Origin: Lama guanicoe
Taxonomy: Eukaryota
NCBI GenBank assembly: GCA_013239625.1
Contig: MU053559.1
Coordinates: forward strand, 2,276,324-2,340,323
DNA length: 64,000 nt
Reading direction: 5' to 3'
The notes below the pieces were generated by a model. The model searched no databases, had not been told where the DNA came from, and worked only from the letters and a program-made list of their open reading frames with translations. The translations under genes and the position numbers were made by a program. Of this stretch, positions 13,626 through 26,875 are shown in pieces; positions within the stretch are counted from its first letter, which is position 1, and each line of letters starts with the position of its first letter.

Positions 13626-13943
13626 TATGTGAACGCCTTCATCCGGCCTGATGACTGATGGCACGGTACTGAGCGAGTGGCTTTGTTAAACCAACAGGGA
13701 AACATGACAGCTTATTTCCATCTGTTGCACTAGGACTTCCATCAAGGTTGCCGTGTTTCATAATAAATGAAATCTAGTACACTGGATTATTTTCAATTCT
13801 TCTTTTAAAGATCTAAACAGTCATTAGTTTGGCCCAAGTGACTGAAAGTGGTGGCTTTGAAAGGAGACAAAAATAGAGCTAAAAGCAGGTACCATTTGAG
13901 TTTACTCAGCCAGGAAGATTGGCCCATGCCTGGCATCCCTTTG

Positions 13944-14049
13944 CCCCTTGGCTGTGTTGATTGACATCCCTCTTCGTTCTTTCTCACTTTCAGTGGCCCT
14001 CTCTCTCCTGTATCCCTCTTCCTTTTTACATCCCTGGTTTGGGGACAGC
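13944..14049 (+). repeat. Copy 1 of a diverged ~110-bp direct repeat (copy 2 at 15863-15978)
   Basis: Shares TTGGCTGTGTTGA, TCACTTTCA(G/A)TGGCCCTC, TATCCCT and TTTTACAT blocks in the same order as copy 2. Confidence 0.75.
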
Positions 14050-14184
14050 TGTCTCAGCAGAATTCTTGACAGATCTGTTGTCACCCAACTTCTCCCCAGC
14101 GTACATGATACACAGTGTGGGGACCAGTAGAACCTTGAGTACTGTCTAGGATGGCATTCACAAAACACATTTTCAGGAGATAGG

Positions 14185-14440
14185 AAAATAAAAATTCCAT
14201 GGTCCAGTAAGTTCAGGAAAATCTGGGTTGAACATTAAAGAGGTTTCTTTCCTGCAGGACTTCTCAGAACCTTTCATATTTGTATTGAAACTTCAAGAGG
14301 CACATATGGTGCATTTGTAACATTTCCCAAATTTAATAGATTCAGAGAACTGTGTGGGGGTTTTTTGTGCGCGTGTGTGTATGTGTGTGTGAATCATCTC
14401 TTGGTTTAATACTTCAAAGAACACACTTTGGGTAATGTTT
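14185..14440. mobile_element. hAT-Charlie MITE, MER103C-like
   Basis: TTCCATGGTC..TAAGTT, CTGCAGGACTTCTCAGAACCTTT, TTTCCCAAA and GAACACACTTTGGG match my recall of the MER103 consensus. Confidence 0.7.
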
Positions 14441-14558
14441 TGTAACCTGTTATTTGATAGATTGGTAAAATGACAGTTTTCCTAAGAGTTTTCTGTCTGT
14501 CTCCACTGGCACGTCTGAGGTTTTTGTCTAAGGATGAAACCCAATCAAGGGACTATTT

Positions 14559-14562
<4 letters not shown>

Positions 14563-14588
<26 letters not shown>
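14563..14588. repeat. (TG)n microsatellite
   Basis: Perfect TG run. Confidence 0.95.
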
Positions 14589-14589
<1 letters not shown>

Positions 14590-15325
14590 TTTTCACCGAA
14601 TTCTCTAGATTCTGCCCTTTTAAGTACCTTCATTGATTCCATCCCTGACTCTGTGGCCCGTCCTGGCTTCCATAGGGGCAGACGAACAAAAAGTGATGAT
14701 GGACATGAGAGCTCCCTCCCATCAGCATAGGGTTTGCATTAACTTTTTAGTGATCGCAGTAGGAGGATGAGTTTGACCTCTCAGCATGAAAAGGATTCTC
14801 ACCATGTGGAGTGTGGTTTTACAGTTTGTTCCTTAGACTCCAGAAAGTTTAATCAAGATAAGACTTGGAAGACAGAGCGTGTCAGAATGACTAGCAATTG
14901 TCGGTGAGAAATTTGAACAGTTTCCAATGCCATTGCCTATGGGCTAGGAATGGGAGGCAGGAGAATGAACGTGGGGTTCGGGACGTTGAGTCGGGAAGGG
15001 GAGCAGACAGTTCTGGGCTTAGGAAACTTGGATCATTCCTGCCTTGTGACATCTAACCGACAGGATCTAGAGACACAAGCTGGGTATCCCAGGAAGGCTT
15101 GGTCCTGTGGTTCGGATTGTTCATCAGGTTTTGAGATTGACTCTTCCTCTAGAGTCACCATCTTACGTCTAGTGTGTTCCCATCAGACGGTGAGGGTTCC
15201 GCTTCATTTCTGAGCTCCTTTATACCCCGCCTTTTCTCTCCATGAGAGGATTTCTCTATTCCTTTTTGACTGAAAATTAACCCCTGCAGCACATCACCAT
15301 TTATACTCTCCCAGATCACCTGCCA

Positions 15326-15326
<1 letters not shown>

Positions 15327-15368
<42 letters not shown>
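15327..15368. repeat. (CA)n microsatellite
   Basis: Perfect CA run of about 21 units. Confidence 0.95.
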
Positions 15369-15369
<1 letters not shown>

Positions 15370-15862
15370 TCTCTTGTCCTCTTCAGGTCAGTCCCTTCAA
15401 GGTTGTACTATCCTTTAGTGCCAAGTCCCTCTCCTGACTTCTTTCTCCACTCATAGAAAGAGGAACCAGATTTCCCCCATGTTACTTACCATCAGTACAA
15501 ACAGTAATTTTGTTTCTGTCATTTTCCCTTTCAACCTAGCGATAAAGTTTGCTGCTGCTGCTGCTGCTGTTCCCCACTCCCCAACCCCGCAGAGGAAGAA
15601 AGACTTCCTTCCCTCATCTCTTGACTTTGCCCAGGCTGGTGAATAATCTCCCCTTTCTCTTGGATTCCAGGTGCTCACCTTTTCTAACTTTTTTTTTTAA
15701 GACTCCTGAGAGTCACTCCTCCCATATCCTTCCCCTCCCAACCTTCTGGTTTTCTCCATCTGATGAACTTCTTCTTCTGCCTAGTTCATGGGATCCCCTT
15801 GGAGCTGTCACCCCATTGATGAGTGCCTTGGGGTTGTGATGGGGCTCTGGGCTTCTCTGCTA

Positions 15863-15978
15863 CCCCTTTTTGGCTGTGTTGACCGATCATCGCTCCTCCC
15901 TGATCTTTGTCACTTTCAATGGCCCTCCTTCTTCAATATCCCTTTTTCCTTTTACATTTCAGATGACTTTGGTGACGA
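15863..15978 (+). repeat. Copy 2 of the diverged ~110-bp direct repeat (copy 1 at 13944-14049)
   Basis: Collinear shared blocks with copy 1. Both copies translate HFQWPS in the ORF track. Confidence 0.75.
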
Positions 15979-17255
15979 TCTCAAAAATTCATCTCCCATT
16001 GTAAGCTGCAAGCTTGATCTTTTGATCTTTTCTTATGTTATGGTTTTGAATCTGATTTTTAATGAGATTGATAGCATTGCTTTAAACACTTAACATTTGT
16101 TCTACAAAATCGTCCATACCTTTTCAAAATTCCCCAGATCCCCAAATCCCAAAATGATGCATAGACGTAGTCCAGCATCAACTGAGAAGGAGAGAAGAAA
16201 GAGGTGAAAAATCAAGGCTTTTCATGGCCCTTAGTTTGTATATTGTGTTATTACCACCAAGCAACTTTTGGTTTCCTTACGTCCAGTTGAAGAACCAATC
16301 ACACATCCACTGGGCGGCAACCACTCTGGGGGCAAATACTTGATTGTGTAGGTTAGGACTTTATGTTGCTGTCTTCCATTCTCTAGAAGTTTACAAATAG
16401 CCAATTACCCCCCCTCCTTTTCCTTCATTTAATATGTACCAGAGCAGTCGTTATAAATCTCAATTAACTTTCCCATTTTCTCTTTGTTAGTTACCCAAGT
16501 AGAATTCACATCTTCCTCCTGTTCCTCTTTGCTGTCTTGTGGGTGTCGTATCTGCTAGGTCATCAGGTAGTATCAGAAAGGCTGATACATGATATCTTTA
16601 GCCCACCATCCTTTTCTAATCATTTTTATTAGCACCTCCAAATCTTCACACTTATCTCTTAGCGGCCTCCCCTTGCCTTCTTTGGCGGTATGAGCCATTT
16701 ACGCAAAGAACACAATTTTAGAAATCAACATACGACCATTGACCTCATAATAATTGAAACCCAATGTGAACGCCTGGTGGATATCAAAGATTCGGGGAAG
16801 AGGCTTCATTTGATCACAGTATATACTTCATTTCACAGCCATCACAGGCAGGGGAAATTGCAACAATGGATGTTCCCTTTGTTCTTTCTTCTGTCCTCTT
16901 CTCCCAACCCTTCGCCATCACCTGTTCAATTGTGTTGATTTTCCCCTTTCATCAGAGTTTACTTCTCTGACGAAGGAAGGCAGTTGGGATAGCTTTCCTG
17001 AGCTTCAAGGACTCTTCCGTGCTACAAAGGATTGTGTTGAAACATTCACTTTGAGACAGTGCTTTCACTAGTCCACACTTCTGCTGGGAAAATATATTCC
17101 TTTACAAATAGCTTGATCCTAGAAGCACCGACAAATATTGTAGAAAGGTACCCTAAAACTAAGATGGGACATGAGTAATATTTAAAGAGTAAAGAAATAG
17201 AAGAATTTTCCTGAAACGGAGATACTCTCCCACTGTTTTTGGTTATTTGTTTTTT

Positions 17256-17453
17256 TTTTTTTCCTCAGGGTCTTTTTTTTTTTTTATTTAAGTTTTTATA
17301 TAGTTGATTTACCATGTTGTGTTAATCTCTAGTGGATAGCATAGTGATTCAGTTACACATACATTTATATATTCTTTTTCATATCCTTTTTCATTATAAG
17401 TTATTACAAGGTATTGACTTTAGCTCCCTGAGCTCTACAGTAGAACCTGATTG
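17256..17453 (-). mobile_element. 5'-truncated L1 3' end (younger cetartiodactyl/camelid type) with TSD and double poly(A)
   Basis: ATAGTTGATTTACCATGTTGTGTTAAT...GCATAGTGATTCAGTTA is a reverse L1 3' UTR. TSD TTGGTTATTTGTTTTTT lies at 17239-17255 and 17454-17470. Confidence 0.85.
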
Positions 17454-17509
17454 TTGGTTATTTGTTTTTTGAAGTGTATCAATACAGGTGCCAGGCCCTT
17501 CACTCAGAT

Positions 17510-17700
17510 TTCTTTATTTGACAAATATTTATTAAAAGATGACTGTGATCCAGTGTGTAGTTCCAGTGCCTGGGGAAATCCCCAATGATTGGGACTCAAT
17601 CCTTACCTTCAAAAGAGTACGTTCTCACAGGGAGACTTGTTTCTAAACAAATAATTGAAGGACAATTTGGCATGAGTTTCTGGAACACAGACTGAGGGAT
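17510..17700 (-). mobile_element. L2 3' end fragment
   Basis: ATTTGACAAATATTTATT followed by CAGTGCCTGGGGA is the reverse L2 terminus. Confidence 0.55.
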
Positions 17701-19124
17701 CAGGGAGCTGGCTCTGAGTAGCACGCAGCTAAGGAGGCCTTCAAGAAGCCCCCTTCTCGAACATTCTAGAAAAGTCTCCGAGCCGGGCCCAGCAGAGTGA
17801 AGGGGAACTGGGCAAGCAAGATGCAGAGGCCCAAGGGTCTGCTCCTCCCTTATCCATCTGAGCTGAGTGAATCTTGATGGGAAGGGTCAAGGGAGACCAA
17901 GCGAAGAGTTTTATACCGTGAGAACTTTCAGTGACAAAAGGAGTTCTGTATAGAGGCTTGGTAGAGATTGTATTATAAATAAAACCTGCAATATTAGGTG
18001 TATATGATGTCAGTACCTTTAGAAAACAGCCCAAGGCTTAGAAATGAGACCAAATTTAGAAAGACCCCAGCAATAGTCTAGAATAGTAATGGGTTGATGG
18101 TGATGAAAAATCTAAGTCAGGAATTCTTGGGAGACCTGTTTTTTTTCTATTATTTACAGGTTTAGAAGACAGTCGCCTTATTTTGCTAATCTTTTTTTTT
18201 CCACTTATCATGGATAGAATGCAAATTATTTTGTGTCTTTTTTCTCAGTGATAGGAGTGCCTCACCACTGTTGCACACTGCTGACATTGGGTGAAGAGAA
18301 TTTAGGAATTTCTTTCAGAGAGGGAGGGAGTGACAGAGAAGAGAGATTTGCACATGGCTTTAGTGCAATTCATTTATGTAACTTGTCCTGAAAAAGACAG
18401 TTACTTAGGTGAAAACTCTACTTTTTCTCTGAATTGCTTTTAATGAGTGAAATGATTCATGTTTTTATCCGATGATTATTTTTAAAAAATTTGGTTTTCT
18501 GTTGAGACGGATTAAAGGCATGTGCCTAATTGCTGAATATTATTTTGGAAAAACTGGTCTGAGTCTGTCTTTATGGGCTGTGAGTGGTTTTGCCTTTAGA
18601 AGCTTGTTTTAGGATCTTGTGCCAACCCCATCCTTTCCCAGGCCTGTTCAGACTAGAATTATCTGGCAGGGAATGGTTTTGTTTTGTGTTGTTGTTTTGA
18701 ACAAAAAAATGAGCAGGAACATCTTGGAAAATGTTCACCTCAGTCTTCAAGTTGACTTGCAGAGCAATTTACTAAATAAGCGATGTGCGAATCAAGTGAC
18801 CATCAGCTGGTGTAAATGTTTTCGGTCTGTGTGGTCACAGGATCTCAGGTATGCAGGAGTTGGCCGGGCTACAACCACGAGCTGGTTATGGTGAGACCCT
18901 GGTTCCAAGCCTCTAACGTAACACACGAGGAATCCAAGTTCACAAGAACATACTTTAATTAGACACCTGTATTTAAAAAGTTGGTTTTCCCTCTGGCACA
19001 GTTTCACCCCGTGGTACCCTGCGTATATCCGTGTGCGTTTCTTCCTGGGCTACAGTTAAGAGTTAATTAGACTCTTTGTTCTTAGCCACGTGGGAGGCAG
19101 TTATTTTGTCTGTTTGTCTGTCTT

Positions 19125-19330
19125 TTTGTAAACAACTTCATTGAGGTAGACTTGATATACAGAGACCTGCACGTATTTAATTTGTAGAATTGGATGCTTT
19201 TAGACGTGAATGAACACCCATGATACCATCACCACAGTCAAGGTCATAGACATGTCCAGTACCTCCCATAGCTCCCTTCTGTCCTTTTTTTTTTTTTAAC
19301 GTATGTGTAGTCAGAACACTTAACATAGAT
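19125..19330 (-). mobile_element. L1MA/L1MB-type 3' UTR fragment
   Basis: CAACTTCATTGAGGTAGACTTGATATAC...ACCCATGATACCATCACCACAGTCAAGGT is a reverse L1M 3' end. Confidence 0.75.
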
Positions 19331-20071
19331 TGACACCAAGGGAGACAACTTTTGTTCACTTTTGAAGTAAACTCTTTGCTGGAGGAACATACTGCTGTGT
19401 GTTCTGTCAAATCCATAATAGAAGCTGCAGTGGTGGATTGTATTCCTGTTTGGTTACAGAAGGCTGCTGGCTACATGTGCTAAAACACGTGAAATATCAC
19501 GGACGTGGGCTGGAGGGACCATCTAGACACCTAGAGCCAAACTTGGCAATTTTGACTCAGGAAAGTTAACATCCTGGCAAGGCTATGAAATTGTTCATCC
19601 CTCTTCATTTACTGCCCTTACAGTGCTTGGGGTCCAATTTTTTCTCCAAAAACGACAGTTTCTACAGTTAAGGATGCCAATTATGGGGGTGGGGTGGGGG
19701 TGCAAAAGAGAATCATCCAGGTAATGCCTTCAAAAGACAGGCACGTCTCCTCTTCCTTCAGTTGAATGACCCACGAAGCAGCATTTCTTTCATTTCTATA
19801 GTGAAACTTTGATGAGAATATCATTTTATATCTATCATTAAACATCAGCGGGTTTCTTTACTTCTTGGTTTGGTTTATCGGCCACCCTTGCTCTAATTCT
19901 GGAGAGGAAGCTCTTCAAATTCTAGGTGAACGTTGCAAGAAATGGTCTTTATTCCAGTCCCAAATGGGCTTTCCAACAGCAGATGGCAGGCTTAACTTTT
20001 AATTAGTCTTTTCCTTCCTTTAAAGTCTCTTTCCCACCCAAATAAATGGTATTTAGCCAGAATGGATGCAT

Positions 20072-20099
20072 GTTTGTTTGTTTGTTTGTTTGTTTGTTT
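20072..20099. repeat. (TTTG)n microsatellite
   Basis: About 7 tandem TTTG units. Confidence 0.9.
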
Positions 20100-21589
20100 A
20101 TTGTTGTCTCTGTTTCATTTATTTGCACTGTGAAAAGGACTTGAGCAGTGAGTACCTTGATTATAGTTCTGCCACCTGTCCCTCGGGTTTAGCTGTCTTC
20201 TTAATTATTAGATAATAGAATTATATAAATGCCATTTTCAGTTGGAACTTAATTCTTTTCTTTGACTTTGATTTGCAAATTTCTAAGATGTATTATTGGT
20301 TAATAGTCTCCGTTATATTATATTCCTTATATATTCAATTCTCTATATTTTAATAAACTTTACAATGTGTATTATTGCTTAGTGATTGACAATAATCTAT
20401 AGAACAGCCTTGAATAAAAATTTCATTTATAGTTTTTTCTTTTTTTTATGACCTAGATAAATCTAAAAGAAGACGGCAAAGACCATTTTAACTTTATGGT
20501 TCTTTAGACTTAGGAAGATTTGGAGGATACTTCAGGCAAGCTTTGAGAATTAAAAATACCATTCTTTTAATAAAGATGTAGACCAAAATTTATAAGAGAT
20601 AATCCTTTGGATTTTTTTGTGTGAAAAACTTACCAAACTAAACTCTTGCCTCGCTTTAATTATCAGCCTTCTTATTTATAAAAATAGTTTTGCATATTTA
20701 GTTTTAGTGGTTAATGACATGTCAATTTGTGTGTTCCAAAAATGCTTTATTTTACATTAATGGTGAGACTCAGCCAAACCTGTACCAAGCAGTCTTTTTT
20801 TCCTACCTTGGTATGTACGCCCTGGCTTTTTAGGCAACGCCAATGTATACTTACAGTTGGAGTTGTTCTTAATTTATTTTAAAAGAAACCCAAGCCATCA
20901 AACAAAAACCTACTTCACTTTATAAGTCCCACCCTCCTCCTTTCCTAAGAGCTAACCACCTGGCGAAACACTATTATTATAACTCTGAAAATTAGACATC
21001 TGTGATTAGAGTTAAATCATTCCCTTGCATTTTATATTATTTCAAGCTCTCAGAAAGCCGGTCATCTTTTCTTATACTTGACACATTTTTTTTAAACGTT
21101 ACTTTTTCTGGCAATGACTGTTTGCATTCCAGCTGCAGGTCCAGTCAAACTGTGTATATACCTTCAAAGTTCTGAGCATAGCCTTTCTCTAATTGACCTT
21201 AGCTTTCCTAAGTCTTTTAGAAGTGATAGCCAAAGCATTGTAAATTCCGAAGAGGGTCAGATTCTAAAATGTGTGTGGTTGGAGCAAAGTTGCATGGTCA
21301 TTTACAGTCTTAAAAGAAAAAATTCTCAAAGGCGAAAGCAGTAATTGGCTACTGCGGTCACGTTTTAATATAAAAACACCTTCTCCAAGACGAGGCCTTT
21401 GTTCTGACTCTTGCCTCTTCTCTGCGACGTCTTCTGGCCCCAGGTGTGCACATGGTTCTCCTCCTCCTCCTTCAGGAATCTGCGCAAAAGTCACACTCTG
21501 ACTAACTTCTGGAAAATAGCATTCCTCTATGAAATGACCGTACCTACGTGTCGAGTTTCTTTTTTTTGTCTGGTCCTTACCTTCACCAT

Positions 21590-21715
21590 AAATCTTAGAC
21601 TCTCAGTTCCACGAGTGTAGGGTCTTGGTTCAGTGTCACATCCCCAGTGCCTGGCGGGAGCTATGGAAAAGGCACTCAGTAGGCATTTCTAGGGTGAATG
21701 AATGAATCAGTGAAT
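21590..21715 (+). mobile_element. L2 3' end
   Basis: ATCCCCAGTGCCTGGC...GGCACTCAGTAG...TGAATGAATGAAT tail. Confidence 0.65.
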
Positions 21716-22859
21716 CAGTCAGTCCATGACGAGGATACCCATCCTCTCACGACATCGTATCATGGGAGGAAAGCTTGGAACCAACATACTGGAGAGCTGC
21801 TGCTTTGAATACCTTGCAACATGCTTTTTTTTTGCAGTTTTCTGGTGTTTTAGACATTTGGTAAAAATACTCTATCATCCTCAGTTTATAGGGGAAACAG
21901 TATATTTTTACTGCAACTTACTTGACCTATGTGCAGCATCACTAGATTACCCAAAGTTAAAATGGCATCAAGTGAACAAAAAATGCTCCAAGGTCACAAT
22001 GAAATGGTAGATTGGATTTTTGATTTGCTTGCTCATTTGTCTTTCTTTTATATATATATCTATATATACACAAATATATATAAATGTATATGTATTTTTA
22101 TAAATATATAAATAAATATATATATTTTTACATTTTACTGCAAAAACACGCCAATTGTAGATTCCCTCACAAACAAGCATGCACGCTAAAAGGTCAAGGA
22201 TTGTCATCTTTTTTTGTTTGCTGCTGGATTTTGAGCCCCTGATAAGACTTTCTAGCACTTTCTATTACTTAGTCAGTATATGTGTAAGTAAATCAGCCTA
22301 GAGGTTGGTTTAAACTTCATTCATGGGATTATTGTCCAAATGTCACTAAAAGAGGATAAGCGGTTGAAATCTCTTGATACCATTTCCATGTCAGTTTCCA
22401 GAATTGACGTATTCTCTTTCCTTCCACAGAGCCCCTTACCAGGAGGCTGCGGATCCTCTGGCTGCTGGATGTGTAGGTACCCTCAATGGCTCAGTAGCCA
22501 GTGTAGATCCTGTCTTTGGTAATCAGTAGCTACATCTGGCTACTGGGTCTCTGATGGCATCTTCTACCTTCCGTTACAGAGTCCTGAGTGCAGCGATTGG
22601 AGAGTCCTCAGTAATGCAAGCTTTACCTTGATTTACACAGAACATACACCCACCCAGAGTTAAGTTATGGGGTGATGAGTCTTCTGTTATTAGATGGAGT
22701 GGGGGACCATCAAGGTCTTGTTAATAACGAGATGTATTTGATTTCAACACCACAAAGGGAAGGAATCTGTATTATTTTATCCATGGATTGTTTGTCTCTT
22801 TTTTTTTTCCCTCTCTCTGCCCCCTGTGGAAGGTATCATTTGGTCACAAAACTATCCTC

Positions 22860-23022
22860 CTGTCTGTCTGTCTGTCTATTTATTTATCTGTCTATCTATA
22901 AATCAAGCATTTGGTTACAAAACTATCTACATTTATCTATCTATCTATCAATCATCTACCTACCTACCTACCTGTCTTATATATACATCTATCTTATCCA
23001 TCTATCCATCCATCCATCCATT
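22860..23022. repeat. Compound TCTG/TCTA/CCTA/TCCA tetranucleotide repeat
   Basis: Degenerate tandem tetramers seen directly. Confidence 0.85.
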
Positions 23023-24821
23023 TGTTCTCTTCATCTCTTGACTTTTAAATGGGCATTCTCAAAATAACGTGGTGATTTCAGTTTAAGGACATTTCACTTG
23101 TCATAAATACATCCCAGCAGTGCATTGTGACTTGTGGTTGCCCTTTCCCCGTGGTAGAGAATTTGAAAGCCAGAAATCTCAAATGCAAGCAGGCAACTGA
23201 TGTGGAAATCATATGTGGGAAGACTGGACAGGCCCGACGTCCAGGTCTGGGGCATGAACCTGGCATACAATGTAGATTTCTGTGTTTGATGGGCAACAGC
23301 TACATTGTCTGCTGGGTTTCAGGCTACCTGGAAACATGTGCTTCATGGCGGTTTCATCAATGCTTCACCTGTACTGTTTTGGAATAGCTTTTTTAGGAGG
23401 CATAATGATCCATGGGCTCTATCATTGGACAAAATGCAGAGAAAGAACCCCAGGAGGGCTGATCACCTTAGCAAACACTGATTTTATTATGATTTTACCC
23501 AAGATGGTCAAATATCAGCCCAGGAAACTCAATGAATTGGACCCAAGGTGTAATGCTGTCCTTCCCTCTCTCTGCCTCAACTCTCAAGGATGGGTCACTC
23601 ACATGTTGTTATTAATTATTGTTTGGGTTTCTGTCCATATTTCCTATGGGCCTAACCACACTGCCCGGCTCCCTCACCATCCATTCCTCCTCGTTTTGGC
23701 TTCTTGCCCACCTACGGGGGCCTGGTTTATTTTTGTTCTGTCTTCACCACAGACAGCCCCATCATTTTTGTGAGTGATTCTCAGTCTTACCAAAATCCAT
23801 CTCTCACTCTGCCCAGCATCGAATCCCATCATTTGCTCCCTGAAGTGAACTCTAAAATTGAGGGAAACTGGATTTTTCTTTTTTTTTTTTTTTACCACTG
23901 TTCCCCATCTCTTCCGAGACCAAAAGTAAAGCAGCTTTCTTATAGAATGACAGAGAACTTGTGAAGAGAAACCACCAGTCTGCAGGAGTAAAGGAAGAAG
24001 AGAATGATGGAAAATCAGTTTACATCTCTAAACACTAAAAAAAAAAAAAAGCTAAACCCTCAATTTTTTAATAATAAAAGGAATATGACTTTTAAAAGAG
24101 AAGTTGTAAACCCTTGGTTATATGAACTGGAGACTTTTCAGTAAGAAATCATGTCTTTTACGTGAATATGAGTTAACAGATTTAAAGTTGAAAATGAATG
24201 TAAGGAATGCAAGCAAAGTCTGCTTGTAATAGCCGATGGTAATGATATAATGTATTTTGTCACTCCCTGCTGAATTCAATAAAAATAAAGCTAATGACTT
24301 GGAGCTTTTAAAAGACTGTACTTTCTTTTTTTTTACGTGTGTGTGCTTCTTGGCTTTCTGTCCACCAGTCAGTTCCATCATCTGTTCTTTAGCTAAGTCA
24401 CTGGCCTCTGTGCCCAGTTAAGAGAAGGTCATTCCCCTTGAGGTATTTGACTGTCTTTGAAGAGTGATGAAAAGTCTCTGGAAAATAAGATGTAATTATC
24501 AAAGGGACCGTTTCCTTTCTCCCATCTCCACTCCCATACTTGTGATGTTCTTTGAGTCCCTTTGACTGTCATTAAAACAAGACGGTATTCACCATGGAGC
24601 CTGGTGTGAAGAACTCTGTCGTTATGTGGCCAGGTTTTCATTTCCCTCTCAAGTCTGATAGACCAGTGTTGAATTGATCCTCAAAGCAAGAATAAAGGTG
24701 CAAATGACTAGGGGGTATTTTCTCACTTTTTCTCAACTCTCACTCTGTGGGACCCAGGAAGGGATGGACATCGGTATGATGGCTCTTCTAAAAGAGTCGC
24801 AGCATCCTGGCTATATTCTTA

Positions 24822-25987
24822 TTTTTTTTAACTTACCATTTTGAAACAATTTCAGACTTGAAAAAAGTTACCAAAGATGATACAAAGACAATGCTGGTGG
24901 GAGTTTAAAATGGTGCAGCTATTTTGGGAAAGTTTGGCAGCTCCTCAGAAAGTTAAACAGAGTTACCATATCTATGACCAAGCTCTTCCACTCCTGGGTA
25001 TACACCCCAAAGAATTGAAGAGAGGTACTTAAATAAATGTACGTGCACACACGTTCACAGCAGCACTATTCCTAGTCATAATAGCCAAAAGGTGGAAACA
25101 GCCCAAATGCCCATCAGCAGATGAATGGATAAACAAAAGGTGATCTATCCATATGATGGACTCTTAATTCAGCCATAAAAAGGAATGAAGTCCTGACAGC
25201 TGCCACAACACTGAATGAAACTTGAAAACACTTAGTGAAAGCAGCCAGACAAAGCAGGCCAAATATTGTATGATTCCATTTGCATGAAATGACCAGAATC
25301 TGCAAGTTTAGAGAGACAGATAGTGATTGCCAGGGGCTAGCGGAGGGAGGGAGTGGGGAGTGCTAATGGGTAGAAGGGTTCTCTTTGGGGTGATGAAAAT
25401 GTCCTGGAATTAATGTTCCAGTGATGGTTGCACAACTTTGTGACTATATTAAAGACAAATGAATTGTACACTTCCAAAGGATGAACTTTATGATATGTGA
25501 ATTATATCTCAAAAGATACAGAGAGTGCTCACATACTACTCCTTATCAATTCCCCAGGTATTAACATCTCATGTAACTAACAAAATCAGTAAATTAACAT
25601 CGATAGGCTAATATACTCTGGATGCCTCATTCAGCTTTCATCACATGTCTCACTGTTGTCCTATTTCTGTTTCAAGATCCAATCTAAGATGCTGTGTTGA
25701 GTTGTTCTGTCTCTAGTCTCCTTTAACCCAGAACAGTTCCTCAGCCTCCCTTTGTCTTTTGTGACTTTTGCCACTTTTGAAGAATACAAGCCAGTTATTT
25801 TGTAGGCTGTCCCTCAGTTGGATATCTCTGATGGTTCCTTCTGCTTAAATTCGGGTTCCACGTGTTTGACAAGAATACCACGCAAATGACATAGTGTCGT
25901 TCTTAGTGTGTCATATCAGAAGGCACATTATGTTGGTTTGTCCCACTACTGGTGATGTTAACGATCATTTGGTTAAGTTGGTGTCTG
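24822..25987 (-). mobile_element. L1MC4/5-like 3' fragment interrupted by a + strand L1
   Basis: TTTTGAAACAATTTCAGACTT at the left end, and AGAACAGTTCCTCAGCCT...TTTTGAAGAATACAAGCCAGTTATTTTGTAG to the right. Flanked by the degenerate TSD ATCCTGGCTAT(A/T)TTC at ~24804 and ~25988. Confidence 0.75.
24889..25514 (+). mobile_element. L1MB-type 3' end nested in the L1MC fragment
   Basis: GCTGGTGGGAGTTTAAAATGGTGCAGC...CAGATGAATGGATAAACAAA...ATGTGAATTATATCTCAA. TSD GATACAAAGA (24879-24888) and GATACAGAGA (25515-25524). Confidence 0.88.
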
Positions 25988-26079
25988 ATCCTGGCTATTT
26001 TCATTTTTCTTTCTTGCTTTAAAAAAATTTCCTTCTATCACCATCCTGTACTCCCATTTTCCTTCATTCCCCACCCAAG

Positions 26080-26875
26080 TTAACTATGTTTAATATACAT
26101 CATTTAATTTTTATATATTCTTGAAAAGACATCTTGTTTTTGGCATTCAGATATTTTTAATTTACATGAGTGGTATTGTCTTATACCTCATTCTGGTTTT
26201 TTTTTTTTTTTACTTTTTTAAAGTTAGGCACTATGTTTTCATGGTCAGTCCATGTTGCTGTCTAATTTGTTGCTTCTAATTCTGCATAGTACTCCATGGA
26301 GTTGCAACTGCCACATTTCATCTATGCCATTTCCAGTGATGGACCCCAAATGGGAACCAATTCCTTGTCACCACAAATAATGTAATAAACATTCTAATAC
26401 ATGTCTCCTGGATCTGTGTAGGGAATTATTTGGAATATATGGTGAGGAGTGGAGTTGTTGAATCATAATAGATAAACACACACATACATTCACACACAAC
26501 ATACACCTCAGAATGGTCTGATCGGTCTATGTTCCTGATATCAGTGAGTGAGACATCCTATGCGTATCCCTGCCAATAATTGATTCAATGAAGATGTTTT
26601 TGCCGGTCTAAAAGGTGTAAAGTAGGAGGAGGGTATAGTGGGTGAGTGCGCGATTAGCATGCACGAGATCCTGGGTTCAATCCCTAGCATCTCCATTCAA
26701 ATAAATGAATAAATAAACGTACCCTCCTCCCCCCAAAACCCCCAAAAGGTATAAAGTGACATCTTTTTGTTTTAATTTGCATTTCTCTAGTTACTAAGGA
26801 TTATGAACATCTTTTCATATGCATTTGAGCTTTGGGAGTTTTGCATCATTCTCCAGTCCATATCTTTTCCCATTT
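26080..26875 (-). mobile_element. Old L1ME-type 3' region, which probably resumes at ~33160-34090
   Basis: Reverse L1 3' motifs CCATGTTGCTG and TTGTTTTAATTTGCATTTCTCTAG. Confidence 0.65.
26625..26743 (+). mobile_element. Vic-1-like tRNA-derived SINE with TSD
   Basis: GAGGGTATAG...GCATGCACGAGATCCTGGGTTCAATCCC with an AATAAA-rich tail. TSD AAAAGGTGTAAAGT (26610-26623) and AAAAGGTATAAAGT (26744-26757). Confidence 0.88.

Noticed and set aside
16690..16938. 82-aa ATG-initiated ORF with protein-like composition
   Set aside because: No recognisable family and no supporting splice signals. It may be conserved non-coding DNA, but this cannot be shown from the sequence alone.
23282..23773. Longest ORF in the track (163 aa)
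   Set aside because: No recognisable domain or convincing exon boundaries. An ORF of this length is expected by chance in 64 kb.
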